DNA of 64,000 bases from Euprymna scolopes (lineage: Eukaryota). The notes beneath the pieces were generated by a model. The model saw only the letters and a list, made by a program, of their open reading frames with translations, was not told where the DNA came from and made no database searches. This document shows positions 10,899 to 24,826 of this stretch, one piece after another (position 1 is the first letter of the stretch; each line of letters opens with the position of its first letter). A program made the position numbers and the translations under genes. The stretch lies in the NCBI GenBank assembly GCA_053919585.1, contig CM132792.1, one strand, 5' to 3'.

Positions 10899-12311
10899 TA
10901 TATATATATATCGCATTTATAAAACTCACTATGTTTGTCTTATTGTTTGTCTATCGCCATTTATTTTCAAACTTTATCTCCTCTTAACCGAAAAGTCGTA
11001 GAATTGCGCTAGCCAGCCCAAATGATTGCCTTGTTCGTCGACCGTCCATTTATGAGTCGTTAGCCGCTTAAAATATTCTTTAAGGGGTCAAAAAAAAAGA
11101 TCAAAATTGAAAGAAATGAGTCAACTAAAACTAGACTTATATGCATGCGCAAATAGTTATAAATTTTATACATTCATGTATTATTTATTTTAAACGCTTT
11201 CACATCCCATTGACGATGGTACACTGCTAACATCACATGCTTTTAATTCTACAGTTTTGTTATCAGTTCCGGTTTTATTTAACCTAATTTTCAAATCTAA
11301 TGTCTGTTTGCCATTAGACGTCTGACCAACGATGGGGGCATAAAGATGGATCTCTTTCATTGTCTGAAATTTAAGATCTAACCATGCTTTTTTTAATATA
11401 TATTCTCGGCGACTGCACACAGATTTCTACATTCCGTCGACATTGTATTTCTTCTCCAGTTAAATCGGATTTTGTACATTCTGGATTACCTTCGCATTAT
11501 TCTGCCGAAATTGAAATCTCGACTATTAAAAAAAAACATTCTTCTATTCTTGGATTTACCATCAAGTCTTCATTCATTCTGAACTTCCTATATTCGCTTT
11601 GTTTTCTCACTTTCACATGTTTTAACCGATACGAACATATTACATTTTTTTTTTGCATTTTATTAATAACAATCACTAAGTGCTGTTTTATCTAATGCCA
11701 TGAATAGTAAATTATTAGCTCGGCTAGATCAGTAATTTGCTAATATTTTTCTTTCCTCTGCAGAGAATAATAGCATTTTTTGAAACTCCACAGATTAAGG
11801 ATTTCTTCATATTCTTTTGTAGTATTCTGTCGAACAATAAATTTCCTTGTAAATTTTAAATTCCAGTCTTGATTTGTTTTTCTTACGGCAAGCTCTACTT
11901 CCTATTGTGGTTGTATTGTGCTTTTTATTTGATTGGGATTAATAGAAATATTTTGGTATTTATATTAGATTTAATTTTACACTTGCTTTTGTCTGGTAAA
12001 CTTTTATTCCTTTTGCCTGTGTGTGTGTGTGTGTGTGTGTGTGTTAGAGTTAGGGTGTGTGTATGCTTGTATGTGTGTGTGTCTGTTTGAGGTGTGTGTG
12101 TGTTAGGTGTGTGTATATATATGCTAGCATGATTANNNNNNNNNNNNNNNNNNNNNNNNNNNNNNNNNNNNNNNNNNNNNNNNNNNNNNNNNNNNNNNNN
12201 NNNNNNNNNNNNNNNNNNNNNNNNNNNNNNNNNNNNNNNNNNNNNNNNNNNNNNNNNNNNNNNNNNNNNNNNNNNNNNNACACTTTTAAATAATCGTTTT
12301 TGTTGAGAGAA

Positions 12312-12590
12312 AACAAGTTCTGGCAAATAGCAAACAGAACAGAAGCGTGCGTTCTATCCCAACTATCATCAATGGACCTGATGTCATCTCATCAGCATTA
12401 GACAAGGCCAGACTATTTGCCAAGAGCTTTGCAGCTAATTCTACCCTATGTGACAATGGCCATCAACTCCCTGTATTTCCTCCTATAACAGACAACACGC
12501 TATGCAACATACAAATATCTGTGGGTGAGGTCGCCAAGTTAATCAAGTACCTTGATTCCAGTAAAGCAACTGGCCCTGACGGCATTTCAG
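12312..12590 (+). mobile_element. LINE internal fragment, inverted relative to the adjacent copy
   Basis: Translates as FWQIANR..RSIPTIINGP..SSKATGPDGI. Confidence 0.9.
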
Positions 12591-14960
12591 TTTTCCCAGC
12601 ATCCCTGGCAACAGATCTGATGTACGTGTTCCATTTCAGATCAGGAGTAAAGGTCAAACCTAGAAGCTTATCAAAACATGGGGCTTCACCAAGACGAGAG
12701 CCATCCATTTTAATTGATGCAAGATGATAAGCGTTGATAATGTAGAGTTATGAGCTTGGTTTTAGATGCTTTAAAAGTAACCAGCCATCTCTTCCCCACC
12801 TTGAACCACGCGATCAAGAACAGTGGAGAGGGAATCAGAGAGAGCTTTGTCATTTACGGCCTTTGATGTGTTGCGGTAGATGGTCGGGTCATCAGCATAG
12901 ATGTCAACGAATGATTTAAGTATCTATTTGGAGAGATCATTAATGTAGATCAGGAAGAGAGTTAGGCCCAGGAAAGACCCCTGAGGGACTCCAGCATTAA
13001 TACTGCGGGTCTCTGATTTCTGTCCATCAACCACTAATCTTATGAACCTATCAGAGAGAAATGATTTAATGATTGAGAAAACATTTCCAGTTATACCGTA
13101 GCTGGAAATCTTGTGATGTAGGCCCTTATGCCAAACCTTATCAAAGGCCTTTGATATGTCAAGAGCAATTGCCCTAGAAAGGAAGCCGTTGTCAAGAGAT
13201 TCATTAATCCTATGTGATATAACTATTAGCACATCCGCTATAGATCTTGCAGAACGGAAACCATAGTGCATGTCACCAAGGAGGTTGTTTCTGTTGAGGT
13301 GGTTGACTACTTCTGTATTTAATATGGATTCCAGTAACTTACTCATGACACACAAGAGACTTATTGGTCTGTACTCAGAGGGAGATGTCTTATCATCTGA
13401 GTTCTTAAATACAGTGCATACTGACGAGGTTTTCCAGCACTTCTCCTTAAGTCAACGCTTAAACAGTTTTGTAAGTATGGGGGAAAGTTCTGGTCGAAGC
13501 TTTTTCAACACTATAATTGGAATGCCGTCAGGGCCAGTTGCTTTACTGGAATCAAGGTTCTTGATTAACTTGGCGACCTCGTGCACAGATATTTGTATGT
13601 TGGATAATTTGTTGTCTGTTGTAGGAGGAAATACGGGGAGTTGATGACCTTGGTCGCAGAGGGTACAGTTAGCTGCAAAGTTCTTGGCAAAGAGTTCTGC
13701 TTTGTCTAATGCTGATGAGATGACCTCAGGTCTATTGATGATGGTTGGGGTAGAGCGCACGCATCTGTTTAGGATCCTGCTTGCTATTTGCCCAAACTGG
13801 TGGGAACCAAGCCGCTCCTGAGCTCAGTTTGGATTTGACGGAGTGAGCATATAGCTCTCTTGCATTTTTTTTTATTACTCTTTTACAGTGGTTGCTGGCA
13901 GTCCCGGAGGCAGCTTTAGTCTCAGTACATCTATTACGTTGGTAGCTATAGAAAAAGTGATTTCTATGCGCAATTGCAGCAGCACATTCTGGGGAGAACC
14001 ATGGCTGGCTAATAGGTTTTTGTTGGAATTTTTGGATGGTATGAATCAGTCTATGCCTACACTTAACCATTCGGTCAGGTCTGATTCTATAGAGGACACA
14101 TTGTTTTTAAACATGGAATGCAGAGGTAGATCAGATATGAATGTACGGAAGCTATCCCAGTCAGCCATAGAGTATCGATATACAGTACGGTGGAGAGGTA
14201 ATCTGAAGACTTATTATATTTCATTTTTATCTTAGCTGATACGACTGTGTGATCGGAGAATCCTAGGGGAGATAGAACGGAACGTGAATATAGCTCAGGG
14301 GAAGTTGTCAGAAAAAGATCTAGAAGTCTTGCATACTGACCAGTAGTATCGGGCACACGGGTGGGTTCGTGAACAATATGAGTGAGGTAATAGGCAGTGG
14401 CAAAATCATGACAGAACCTCTCCTAGTCATCTGTCTTATTTTACTGGGTCAGCTATTCCACATGATGGACATTGAAGTCACCGCAAATGTGAATGTTAGC
14501 CAGAGGATGAGCAGACAGGATGAGGTCAATTTTCTCAGATATACTCTTAAGGACAGTAACCCCGCTGTTGTGGGGGCGACAGAGAGCAAATATGAATGCG
14601 GTGGTGTAAGCAAGTGCAACCCGGAAGTACATATAAGGTAAATTAGGGTTTATCTGGAGATATCTCTACCACACGAGAAGCCATTTTAATGTAGGCGCAT
14701 GTCCATGGCGATCTTGGGGGTCAGATTTAGATCTTAAGCTAGAGTAACATTTTATGAACTCATCTAGGGAAGTGGTCGGCTCTATGCCAGTTTTGATTAG
14801 AAAGAGTAAGTCCGGTTTCAACCTCTGGAAGGATGGAACGTAAACCCCTGATGTTTGAGAAGGAAACCTGGTAGTAGCGGTCTACGTTGGAGTATGGGGT
14901 TCTAGGTTTATTCGTGTTTTTTTTTTTGGGGGGGGGAGAAACTGCTGAGAAAAACATTTT
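12591..14960 (-). mobile_element. 3'-truncated, frameshifted LINE retaining the APE endonuclease N-terminus and RT
   Basis: FSNIRGLRS (APE start), LDLFLT..SPLGFSDH (APE end) and RT motifs in ORF 12924..13355. Confidence 0.92.
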
Positions 14961-15889
14961 TCAGTGTTTAGTTAATAGTGCAGATATAATTTGGAGAAAA
15001 AATCAACAGAAATAAAGAGCAACAGAAAGATAAGTGCAGTTGAAATGTTCAGAAATTTAGTCAAAACTGGAAAAAGATAAATAAATGAATAGAAAATAAT
15101 GTCTGCAATACATAAAGTTTTGCGATATCAAGACAGATGGATTTCAAAATTATAGATAGAAAATGGCATAACTTAGCTTTTGGAAGAGTTTGACCGTGCG
15201 GTCTCGAGTTCATATCGAGGCAGAGGGAAGAACTAGTCTAAAGAACTAGTCGAGTTCATATCGAGGAAGAGGGAAAAACTGTAAACATATGCAGCAAACA
15301 TATGAGTACGTACAGACATATCTTCTGATGAATGTTTTCGTTGTCATTTCTTGTGTTAATTCACATTCATCATTCTTTCATTCTCTCGGTTTCACTTGTT
15401 ACTTCTCTTTTCGCGAAAGCGTTGAATTGGTAGCAACAGTAGTCACTGAAGCGAAGTGGTTGTTATGGAAACCAGCATAAAAAAACGTCGCTCACCTCCT
15501 TACGTTTTTTTTACGATTTTGAACACCAGTAAATTTATCATAACATTTTTTTCACAATATAGATGAGAAGGTGATCTGTAAAATGTAATAATTGTTTAGA
15601 ATGGGTGAGCGGTGAAGATTTAAAGCAGTTCTAAATGACTAAAATATAACATATCATAAACATAACTTTTTTTTTTACAGTTTTAAATGTAAAATTATTT
15701 CAATCTTCAAACCACACCGTGATCGCCGTCGCAATACAAAGTTCTCACGCTCCTAAGGACGAAATCTCTGACTATTTTGTAAACTACATGTTTTAATGGC
15801 CGTCTCTCGCTTTCTGACTTTCATTCGCTTACCGTTACTATATGATACATCTATTTTGTTAGTCACTAAAATCTGACTCCCTTCGAAAG

Positions 15890-16885
15890 CCTCAGGGGTC
15901 AATCCTGGGCCCAACTCTCTTCCTGATCTACATTAATGACCTCCCTAAACATATACTTAAATCATTCGTTGACATCTATGATGATGACACGACCATCTAC
16001 GGCAACACATCAAAGGCTGTAAATGACAAAATTCTCTCTGATTCTCTCTCCTCTGGTCTCGAGCGCGTAGTTCAGTGGGGGAAGAGGTGGCTGGTTTCCT
16101 TTAATGCATCCAAAACCAAACTTCTATCCTTACATCATCAACGCTCTGATCCCCATCTGGCATCAATTGGGATGGATGGTTCTCGTCTGGGTGAGGACCC
16201 GTGTTTTGACAAGCTTCTGGGTTTGACCTTTACTCCTGATCTGAAATGGAACGCGTACATCAAGTCTGTTGCCAAGGTCGCTGGAAAGATGGTGGGATCC
16301 TTCTACCGCTCCAGAAGATATCTCACTACTGATGCAATTCTCTATCTATATAAAAGCCAAGTACGTCCAAGGACGGAATACTGTTGTCATATCTTGACAG
16401 AGTACAAAATAGACTTCGTGGCTTAGTGGGGGATGCCCTTTTCTCTACCCTGAAACCTCTCTCCCACAGAAGAGACGTTGCGAGCCTATCCTTGTTTTAT
16501 CGTTATTTCCATGGCAGGTGCTCGTCTGAACTCCAATCTCTGCCCCCCCCCCTCGCCAATCTTTCACGAAAAACACCCGTCTAGCTGAATCCACTGTGAA
16601 AAATTACCCCACTCTTTATCTGTGCCTAAGTCAAAACGCGGATTCCATGAACAAAGCTTCTTTCTACGAACTGCACGCCTGTGGAACTCTGTTCCGTCTG
16701 CCTGCTCCCCTCCGGACTACAACTTGGATGTCTTCAAGTACAATGTTAACAAATTCCTAATGAACCGCCCCTTAATTAAACACTTCATCAAATCTCCACA
16801 CTAACGTAATATACTTGCAATAACCCTTATCCCTGAGTGGCTTCCGGGCCTTGATAAGTGGTGATCACTGTGTAAAAAAAAAAAA
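15890..16885 (+). mobile_element. 5'-truncated LINE (subfamily B) with polyA
   Basis: Runs from PQGSILGP through YKSQVRP to the conserved tail and the A-tract at 16874-16885. A small internal deletion lies near 16393. Confidence 0.93.
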
Positions 16886-17999
16886 CAGGACAGGACAACG
16901 GTGCGATGACGCGCCTTATTAATACGCAGCAAAAATTTCTATTTGAAGCATCAGTATGACAATCATCTGTTCTCCAACTAAATTATAAGGATACATCTAA
17001 AATAGTTTTAGAGAATAACATGCATTTCTTCCTCAAAGAGGCGCGTGCGGTCGAATGTATATCCCTTTTTGTAAGGTTTTTATCGATTGCTTCGAGCGGA
17101 GGAATTCGCAAATTGACTTCGATGCAGTGCGCACCAAAAGTGCTTAACTTTGAAGAAAACTCCACGAGGCGTGGAATTCTCTGGGAAATGAAAACAGATT
17201 ATTTTTCAGAGTGAGTTTCTACATCATTTTGCACAGATAAATAAATTTAAATACGTTTAAAAGTTTTGTTATTCATCGCTGTTTGTTTATTTCTCAAGTT
17301 TCATTTTATTTTTATTTTTCGGTCTTTTCCATAGAGGAATGCACTCGCACTTTATGTATTCTTCTTCATAGAATTGAACTTTCTACTCTAGCAGTTTCTT
17401 CTCTTGAACAGATAGATTTTGCAATTCCTTTCCTGCTACCTGCTTTTCTGACAGTACTGATACGCAGAAGTTTAAATGTAACATAAACCCGCATCTTGTT
17501 AATCTCTACTAGGTATTGCCCCAAATAGTAGCCCCTTACGTCCAAGTGGCGATATGCGTTGTAAGAGATGCAAATCTCTTTCTAAATGATTTGATCAGCA
17601 CCCAGGAAAATTATCATTAATTATAGCAATAACGGTGTTAAAACTATATCTTTCAAAAAGTGCTCCTGGTGTACGATAGTTGCAGCGGCAGTAGCTTTCA
17701 GTGTGAGAGTTAGAAAACACTCCAAAAAACTTCCGAGTACCTCTTTGTTCATCGTTTTTATTATTGAGCAATGCTAAATATAAGAATCAAATATCTCGAA
17801 TCAAATTACAATTTTGTTTCAATAACATAGTCCTACATTTTTCAGAAACATATGTATTTGAGTTTTATTGTCGGTGCAGTCCATACCTTGTGTAAGGAGA
17901 AGACAGACTTTACTTTATTTATATACGGTATACACACATTTTTTGTTTGAACATGTACTAAAATATGAAGAAATATAAAAGAAGCTGTCCCTATATAAT

Positions 18000-18335
18000 C
18001 TTCGCCGTGCCATAATTTTATATTTCACTGACGTCAGAGCCGAGCATCTTTCACGGTCGTCAAACCGGCTTACCTCCCTTAGCCGTCTTCCCGCCTTCTT
18101 CAGCTGGAAAAATGGCGTCTTCTACTCTCGCCGTAGCCGCCGACGGAATGGTTGATTGGCTAATCAGTTTAGTACTAATTGAATTGCTGCCGTAATAGAA
18201 TCGTAACGTAAAGTCATCGGTGTCTATTGAATTAAGGAAACGGCAGAATAAGGCCGCCATTGAAGCGGCAGTAGGCGCCATCAAAACGCGAAAAGAGGTG
18301 GGGGTGGAAGACGCGCGCGGCTGGGGCGATGTGAA
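18000..18335. promoter_or_regulatory. CpG-rich promoter-like island with a possible minus-strand first exon
   Basis: TGACGTCA at 18029-18036, AAAATGGCG at 18109, ATTGG and GCCGCCATT motifs, and a minus-strand donor GAG|GTAAGC at 18074/18073. Confidence 0.45.
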
Positions 18336-18801
18336 TATTGCTCTTGCATAAATAATGACAAAGAAAGAAACCTGACAAACCTTGAATATGAAAACCCGTA
18401 AAAATGACCATCACGACATATTCAAATTTATTTATAAATCGCAGGATATGTGCGTATATATACGTGCATGTATGTGTGTCCGTGTGTGTGTATGTGTCTG
18501 TATATGTCTATATATGTATATATACATTTTTATATATTGATATAATATTTTTTTCAAATCATATTCTAAATAAAACGCACACAATGGTATCGAAGTCGTT
18601 TTCGAATTNNNNNNNNNNNNNNNNNNNNNNNNNNNNNNNNNNNNNNNNNNNNNNNNNNNNNNNNNNNNNNNNNNNNNNNNNNNNNNNNNNNNNNNNNNNN
18701 NNNNNNNNNNNNNNNNNNNNNNNNNNNNNNNNNNNNNAACTGAATAACTAAACCTGTTCTACAAACAACGTATTTAATTTGGATAACAATATTTTAGTCG
18801 C

Positions 18802-18859
<58 letters not shown>

Positions 18860-19476
18860 CAAATGCTTTGATGTGTTTAAATTGTTTTGATAACTCACAT
18901 ACGTAAAATCATGCAGCGTCAAAAATTGTTGTGGGAAGTTTGGCCAACATTGCTGTGGGGTTAGACAGTTTGTTTTCGTAAAATTAAATGTTCTTTTGTG
19001 TTTTGTTTCAGTCGGAAATATTTTGTGAAAATTTATTTATAAATAATGAAATGTTCTTTTTTTTTGTTTTTGAAGTTTGTATGATTGAACTTTCTTACTT
19101 GAGGCAATGGAAAATTGCTGATTTGTTTTTGAATTAGAACTGAAATTGTAGTTAATCTATGTATAATATTATTGAACCGAACATATGATTGAATGTATTG
19201 TATGCTGTTTTTTTTTTCTGTCGGAATTTGCAACGCAGTTCATAAAGTTAAGAAACAAAAAGAATAAATTGAATTTCAGAGCATAAGGTTAAAAGTATAA
19301 AGGGGTATAAAAATGGATGATCATTGAGGCGGTAACTTATTTTACTATTTCGAAACGATTCAAAAGAAATTAAGTAGTCTACATCAGAAATTCTTCGGAT
19401 CCATCTTGTGGACAAGCTTGTAGAATGTAAAAACTTATTTTTTCCGTCCAACATGAGCCTTAGATGACTGGTTGCC

Positions 19477-20014
19477 AAGAGGCCACTCGAGGATAAGGGT
19501 TAAAGCGTGTACAATAGAAATTGGACAATATAGTAACCGTTAGTAATGGAGATTCGGTAAATTTGTTAACTTATATGGAACGATTCATCAAAAACTTGTT
19601 TACGTTAGACTTGAAGACAACCATATTGTCGTCAGTTGGAAAGCAGAAAAAACGGAAGATAATTCCATAGGCGTGCAGTTCTAAGAAAGAAGCTTTGCTC
19701 ATGGAATCTACGTTTAGGTTTAGGCACAGATAAAGAGTGGGGGAAATTAGTGATAGTGTTTTCTGCTAGACGGATGTTTTTGGTGAAAGTTTTGCGAGGG
19801 GGGACCATGGAATGGAGCTCAACCGAGCACTTGCCATGAAAATAACGATAAAGCAGAGACAAACTCGCAACATCTCTTCTGTGAGAAAGAGGTTGCAGGG
19901 AAGAGAAAAGGACATCCCCCACAAGGCTATGAAGTCTATTTTGAACTATATCAAGGCAGGATGTCCTTTCTAGCAGCTCCTGGCCAGATGTGGCAACAGT
20001 ACTCTATACTTGGA
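19477..20014 (-). mobile_element. LINE 3' fragment (A-like)
   Basis: LQPLSHRRDVASLSLLYRYFHGKCS followed by a partial tail. Confidence 0.92.
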
Positions 20015-20660
20015 GGAAGTAAGAGATATTCCCCTACATAGCATAAGAGGCGGGTCGTTTATAATGGCAAACGGGGCCATTATGTAGTGGATCAGTCCAA
20101 GGAAGAAGAAATTGGACAAAACAGAATACCGCTATTACGTTCTGAATTTAATAAGTAAAATGTTGTCCCGAATCGGAATTAGAAGGTAAATTTTCATCAA
20201 GAAATAGCTTGACCAAAGTAGTATGGATTCAGGAGAGGTATGGTTGGGGATTGCGCATGCTGTGCATCACAATTACATGCGCAGCTATCCTTACAAAGGG
20301 GTCTATTGTGTCTTGAGACTGAACGAAAGCATCGAAATATTAAGATATCATATTAATTCACTCTGAGATGTATTCATGTGTGGTGACCCTACTATTCTAT
20401 CTTGGAGTACTCCATCAGGACATTGGAAAAGTCGCACACCTCGGAAACTAAGGAGTAGTTAAGGGTTTAGCTATAGTGCGTTTCTTGTTCGGCGTAAACG
20501 CATGTTTAGCGGAGTTTTTTTTTTTTTTTCTTTAAAAGTAAGAGTTATAGAAAGCGAAGGGGCGACGTTTTCCCGAGGATCTGTGTCGGGTTTGCTGAGA
20601 GTGTACATCTTGGAGGTTCGAGCCAATTAGTATAATAAAACAAGTACTTTGTGTAATTAG

Positions 20661-21111
20661 TAGTGATGGGAAGATTCAAATATTTTCCCAACTCCAATAC
20701 AATTTCCGATTCGGCAGTAAATTCCTGATTCCGATACAATTACCAATTCTGATTTTGATTTTTTCATATGGTTAAATATCTCTAAATATTTAACCATAAA
20801 GTTGTTTTTCCCCCCATTACGTAAAAACACATAAGTGTGCATACCTTAAATCTTAATTTCTTAAACTTTTAGGAAGGAGTGATCTTTAGATTTTAGCTTT
20901 ACTGGTAGTTTAAAATCAATAAATATTTAGTATTTATTATTATTACCAGCAGTGAAAATTTTGTTTTAATCGAAACCAAATAAAGAAAAATAACTAAATG
21001 AATCCTTTTGGCATCGAAAAATATGCACACGTTTTCCCAATTTTGATATCGATTCCGATAACCAAAAGGCCCCGATTTTTCAGATTCCCACGATTAATCG
21101 TCCCAACATTA
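20661..21111 (+). mobile_element. hAT-type MITE
   Basis: TIRs tagtgatggga.gatt and aatcgtcccaacatta, a perfect 8-bp TSD gtaattag (20653-20660 and 21112-21119), and subterminal ccgatt repeats. Confidence 0.88.
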
Positions 21112-21544
21112 GTAATTAGGGCATATAACTTGATATATTGTGAGTAGGTGTTTTCTGTTTTATCTCAAAACGTAGATTAGTCTGAATGATCTCTAGCGAT
21201 TAGTGAGAATACATGAAGTGCCTAAAAGTTGTGACACCCAATGTGATAAAGAATGGTCAGAAGAACCATCAGACCCGATGTCGTCATGTTGTACGGTAAG
21301 TAAGAACTATCAGTGGCTGAAGGGATAGCCGACATTGATCGTCAGTTAATAGAACCCATACCCAGCAAAAATGCTATGTGGCTAGAAAAAATTTCAAATC
21401 ATATAAAATAAGGGAGCAATCAATAGGCAATAACTAACTAAAGAAAAAATATTAAGGATAGGGTCTGACCATTTTTTAGCTCAAGGGTATGTATGAAAAA
21501 ATACAATGGCTGTTTTATCTTATTAATAGAAGTGTTGTATACTA

Positions 21545-23880
21545 GGGTCCTGCAGGCTAGATCCATAAAACTGCAGGTACCGATCGTAGATCGAACTAGT
21601 GTACAATATTATTGAAAGACTGGTATTTTGATCATATTAACTATAGTGAGTAGGCATCCCCCATCGTATACGTGAAAAAAATCTAAAGAGATTAGAGTAT
21701 GTTCGGATTTCTCTACCGTATTGAATACAGCGCTGAAGGACCATCACTATCCGTTACCAAACCCAGACAAAGTATTCTCTAAGCTAAATGGTGGAAATTT
21801 TTCTCTCAAAATAGACTCAAGCGAGGCGTACCTACAAATACCAGTAGAGGAAGATATTTAGACAGTTCTGTGTATCTCAACGCACAAAGGACTTTTTAGA
21901 TTCAATAGATTAGCATTTGATATAAAAGTAGGACCTGCAATTTTCCACCAGGTAATCGATACTTTGCTAAGCGGTTTCGATTTCGCAATAGGCTATCTGG
22001 ACGATATTCTTATGCGTAGTCAAAATGTTGAACAACATAGAGATCATGTATTTGAAGTGTTTGACAGAATAAAAAAAATACGGATTCACATTGAAGGAAG
22101 GAAAATGCAAATTTTTTTTGGAACAAATATAATACTTTGGTCATATAATAGATGAGGACAGGAGGAAACCCGATCTGGATAGGACCACAGTAATAAAAGC
22201 CTCATAATATAACTACATTGCAGAGTTTTTTAGGGCTCGCGAACTATTATCAAACGTTCATTAAGAACATGCATGAATTTCGAGCGCCATTGAATGTAGT
22301 ATTAAAAAAGGGCGAAAAATGTGACTGACGCCTGAGTGCCAGTCAGCATTTAAAATTTATCCCTGAGTCACTTCAATCCGGAACAAGAGATTATTGTCAC
22401 CACCAGGTAAGTTCGTATGGAATCGGGGCATGCATTCTACACTAACCTGATGGGTCCATGCGTCGAGAACTGTATTGCCCGCCGAGAAGAATTACTCCCA
22501 AATCGAAAAGGAAGCACAGGGGATCAGATTCTTACACGTTCGTAAATCTAAATTACAAACTGGTCGCTTATAACTCTCTTTGGCTCTAAAAAAGGTCTGT
22601 CAACTTACAGTCAAAAGACTGCAAAGATGGGGGGAATTCTACTGAATTATGACTTCAGCATTGAATTTCTTACATCTGCGAAGTAAGGTCACGCAAACAG
22701 ATTTTCGCGATTAATCTCGAAATCAAGGGAACCGCTGGAAGAAACAGTAATAGCGTCACTACAAAGTGAAAAGGACTATACGCAAATACTGTGTAATACG
22801 ATCAAGGAACTACTAGTGACTTTGGAAGATATAATAAGGGATACTGAAGAAGATAGTTTCATAAAAGAAACGAAACAAAAAATTCACTCAGATGAATCGG
22901 CGGCGGAAGTTTATTCTATGTGCAATAAGGTAGTGTTGTACCGAAAAAGAGTAGTAATCCTAACTACACTACAAAAGAAAATCCTAAAGGATTTCCATAC
23001 AGGTCATCCTGGGGCTACTCAAATGAAGAGCCTCATGAGGTCCTACGTTTACTGGAGAAGCATGGACACTGATATAGAAGGCACGGTAAAGTCGTGTAAG
23101 GAGTTCGCATTGGCTGCAAAAGCGCCCCAATACAATTTAGCCCGCGGCCTTAAGCTGACCACGCATGATCAAGGATACACGTAGATTACGCAGGCCTACT
23201 AGAGGGAAACTTTTATTTAATAGTGGTAGACAGGTTTTCAAAATGGCCTGAGGTGTTCCGATGTAAAAGTCCAACAACGAATTTTACAATCAGTGCTATT
23301 CACGAATTTTATGTTAGCTTTGGTGTAGTCGATTGTCTAGTGTCAGACAATGGCACACAATTCACTTCAGCAGATTTTAAAATCTTCTGCACATAACGAC
23401 GCCAACCTATCATCCCCGATCGAACGGTCAGAGAGAGAGGTTTGTAGACATGCTGAAAAGAGACCCGAAGAAGGCTAAAGGAACGCCCTCAGAAAAGGCG
23501 CTCCAGTAGTTTTTACAAGTTTACCGAATTACGGCAAATAAAAGCGCCTCATCGAAGATGTCGCCGGCATAGTTAATGTTCGCAAGGAAAATTAGGCCAG
23601 TCTTCGAGAAACTTTTGCGAACACAGGTGAAACCGCCGAATACTGCAGTTCATGAAAAAACGGTATTACCTGGTGAAAAGGTATTTTTCCAGGTACACAA
23701 AAATAATAATAGAATGTGGGAACGAGGAAATAACCAGAAAAGAGATGGTTTACCTTATCGAAGGTCTAAGATTTACTCACAAGAAGTATTTGAACCAAAT
23801 TCGGAAACGTATCACAGATGACGAAAGACAACCTCATGCTGCACAAGAAGAGGTAATGGACCATATATAGACGTGTTATA
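21545..23880 (+). mobile_element. decayed Ty3/Gypsy LTR-retrotransposon pol (RT-RNaseH-integrase)
   Basis: ASPIVYVKK, YPLP, YLDD, YSQIEKE, HTGHPG..C, RIHVDYAG, VVDRFSKWPEV and SDNGTQFTS appear in RT-RH-IN order, with many stops and frameshifts. No LTRs were recognised. Confidence 0.92.
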
Positions 23881-24076
23881 TATATGGTCCATTACCTCTC
23901 CTAAACCAAAAACAAACTATCCACAATTGTTTGCCGTCTGTTTTACCTCGTGTGATTTTTAATATGAAACCTACATTTACCTCTTTTAGTTGTTCTGTGA
24001 CATTTTCTTGATAAACCTCTCACCATCCATAGATATACTGTTTCGATGTATCACAACTTTTCAGTGCTTGATTAGC

Positions 24077-24360
24077 AGTGATGGGACGATTCCAATATTT
24101 TTCCCGATTCCGATACAATTACCAATTCCGTACTAAATTCCCGATTCCGATACAATTACCGATTCCGATTATATATGAATCTCTATTTTACTATAAAATT
24201 GTTATTTTGTCCCGATTACTGTAAAAAATATCATAAATGTGCATGCATTTTCTAAAACGGAAAAAACACAAAACACGCACACACACTTGTGAGGAGATAA
24301 TCTAGAGATTTTAGTCTTACTAGAAGTTTAAATCAATAAATATTCATCATTTTACTATTA
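24077..24360 (+). mobile_element. hAT MITE 5' part, truncated by a LINE
   Basis: Starts cagtgatgggacgatt and is homologous to 20661-20945. Confidence 0.8.
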
Positions 24361-24826
24361 CTATGTAGGGAGTTGAGCAGCAAGATGTCTGATTACATTA
24401 CACTTGAACAGCTGCATATCAGTACAAATAGGGAAGCAGGAACACGGAAGGGAATACCAAAGTCTACCAGTTCTAGAGAAGAATGTATTAGAGTAGAAAC
24501 CTTTTTGCCCTTTGGGGATCTCTAATTCGTAGGGGTGAAATTTTGCTTCTTGTCGGGTTTGTCGGGGACATTTACGTCTAGGGGGTACAAGGGCTTTTAA
24601 TTCGTCAGAACACTTACCATTAAAATACTTGTAAAACATGTAGAGGGATGCAGCATTTCGTTTATGAGGCAGAGGTTGAAGCCTAGTTCACAGTTCGGGA
24701 CCTATTAGGTTGGCGACTCTTTTTTTTAAATCCTATCCAGGAGTGAGAGACAAGTAGCAGATGCACCAGCTAAAATGTGACAACAATACTCCATACATGG
24801 GCGAATGGTAGCCTTGTAGAAGAATA
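24361..24826 (-). mobile_element. LINE ORF2 3' fragment (subfamily C)
   Basis: YKATIRPCMEYCCHI..FYKYFNGKCSDELKALVPP, homologous to 49334-49800. Confidence 0.9.

Noticed and set aside
21545-23880. TAR codons in the Gypsy pol as evidence for code reassignment
   Set aside because: They fall at Gln, Glu and Leu positions alongside TGA stops and frameshifts, which is ordinary decay.
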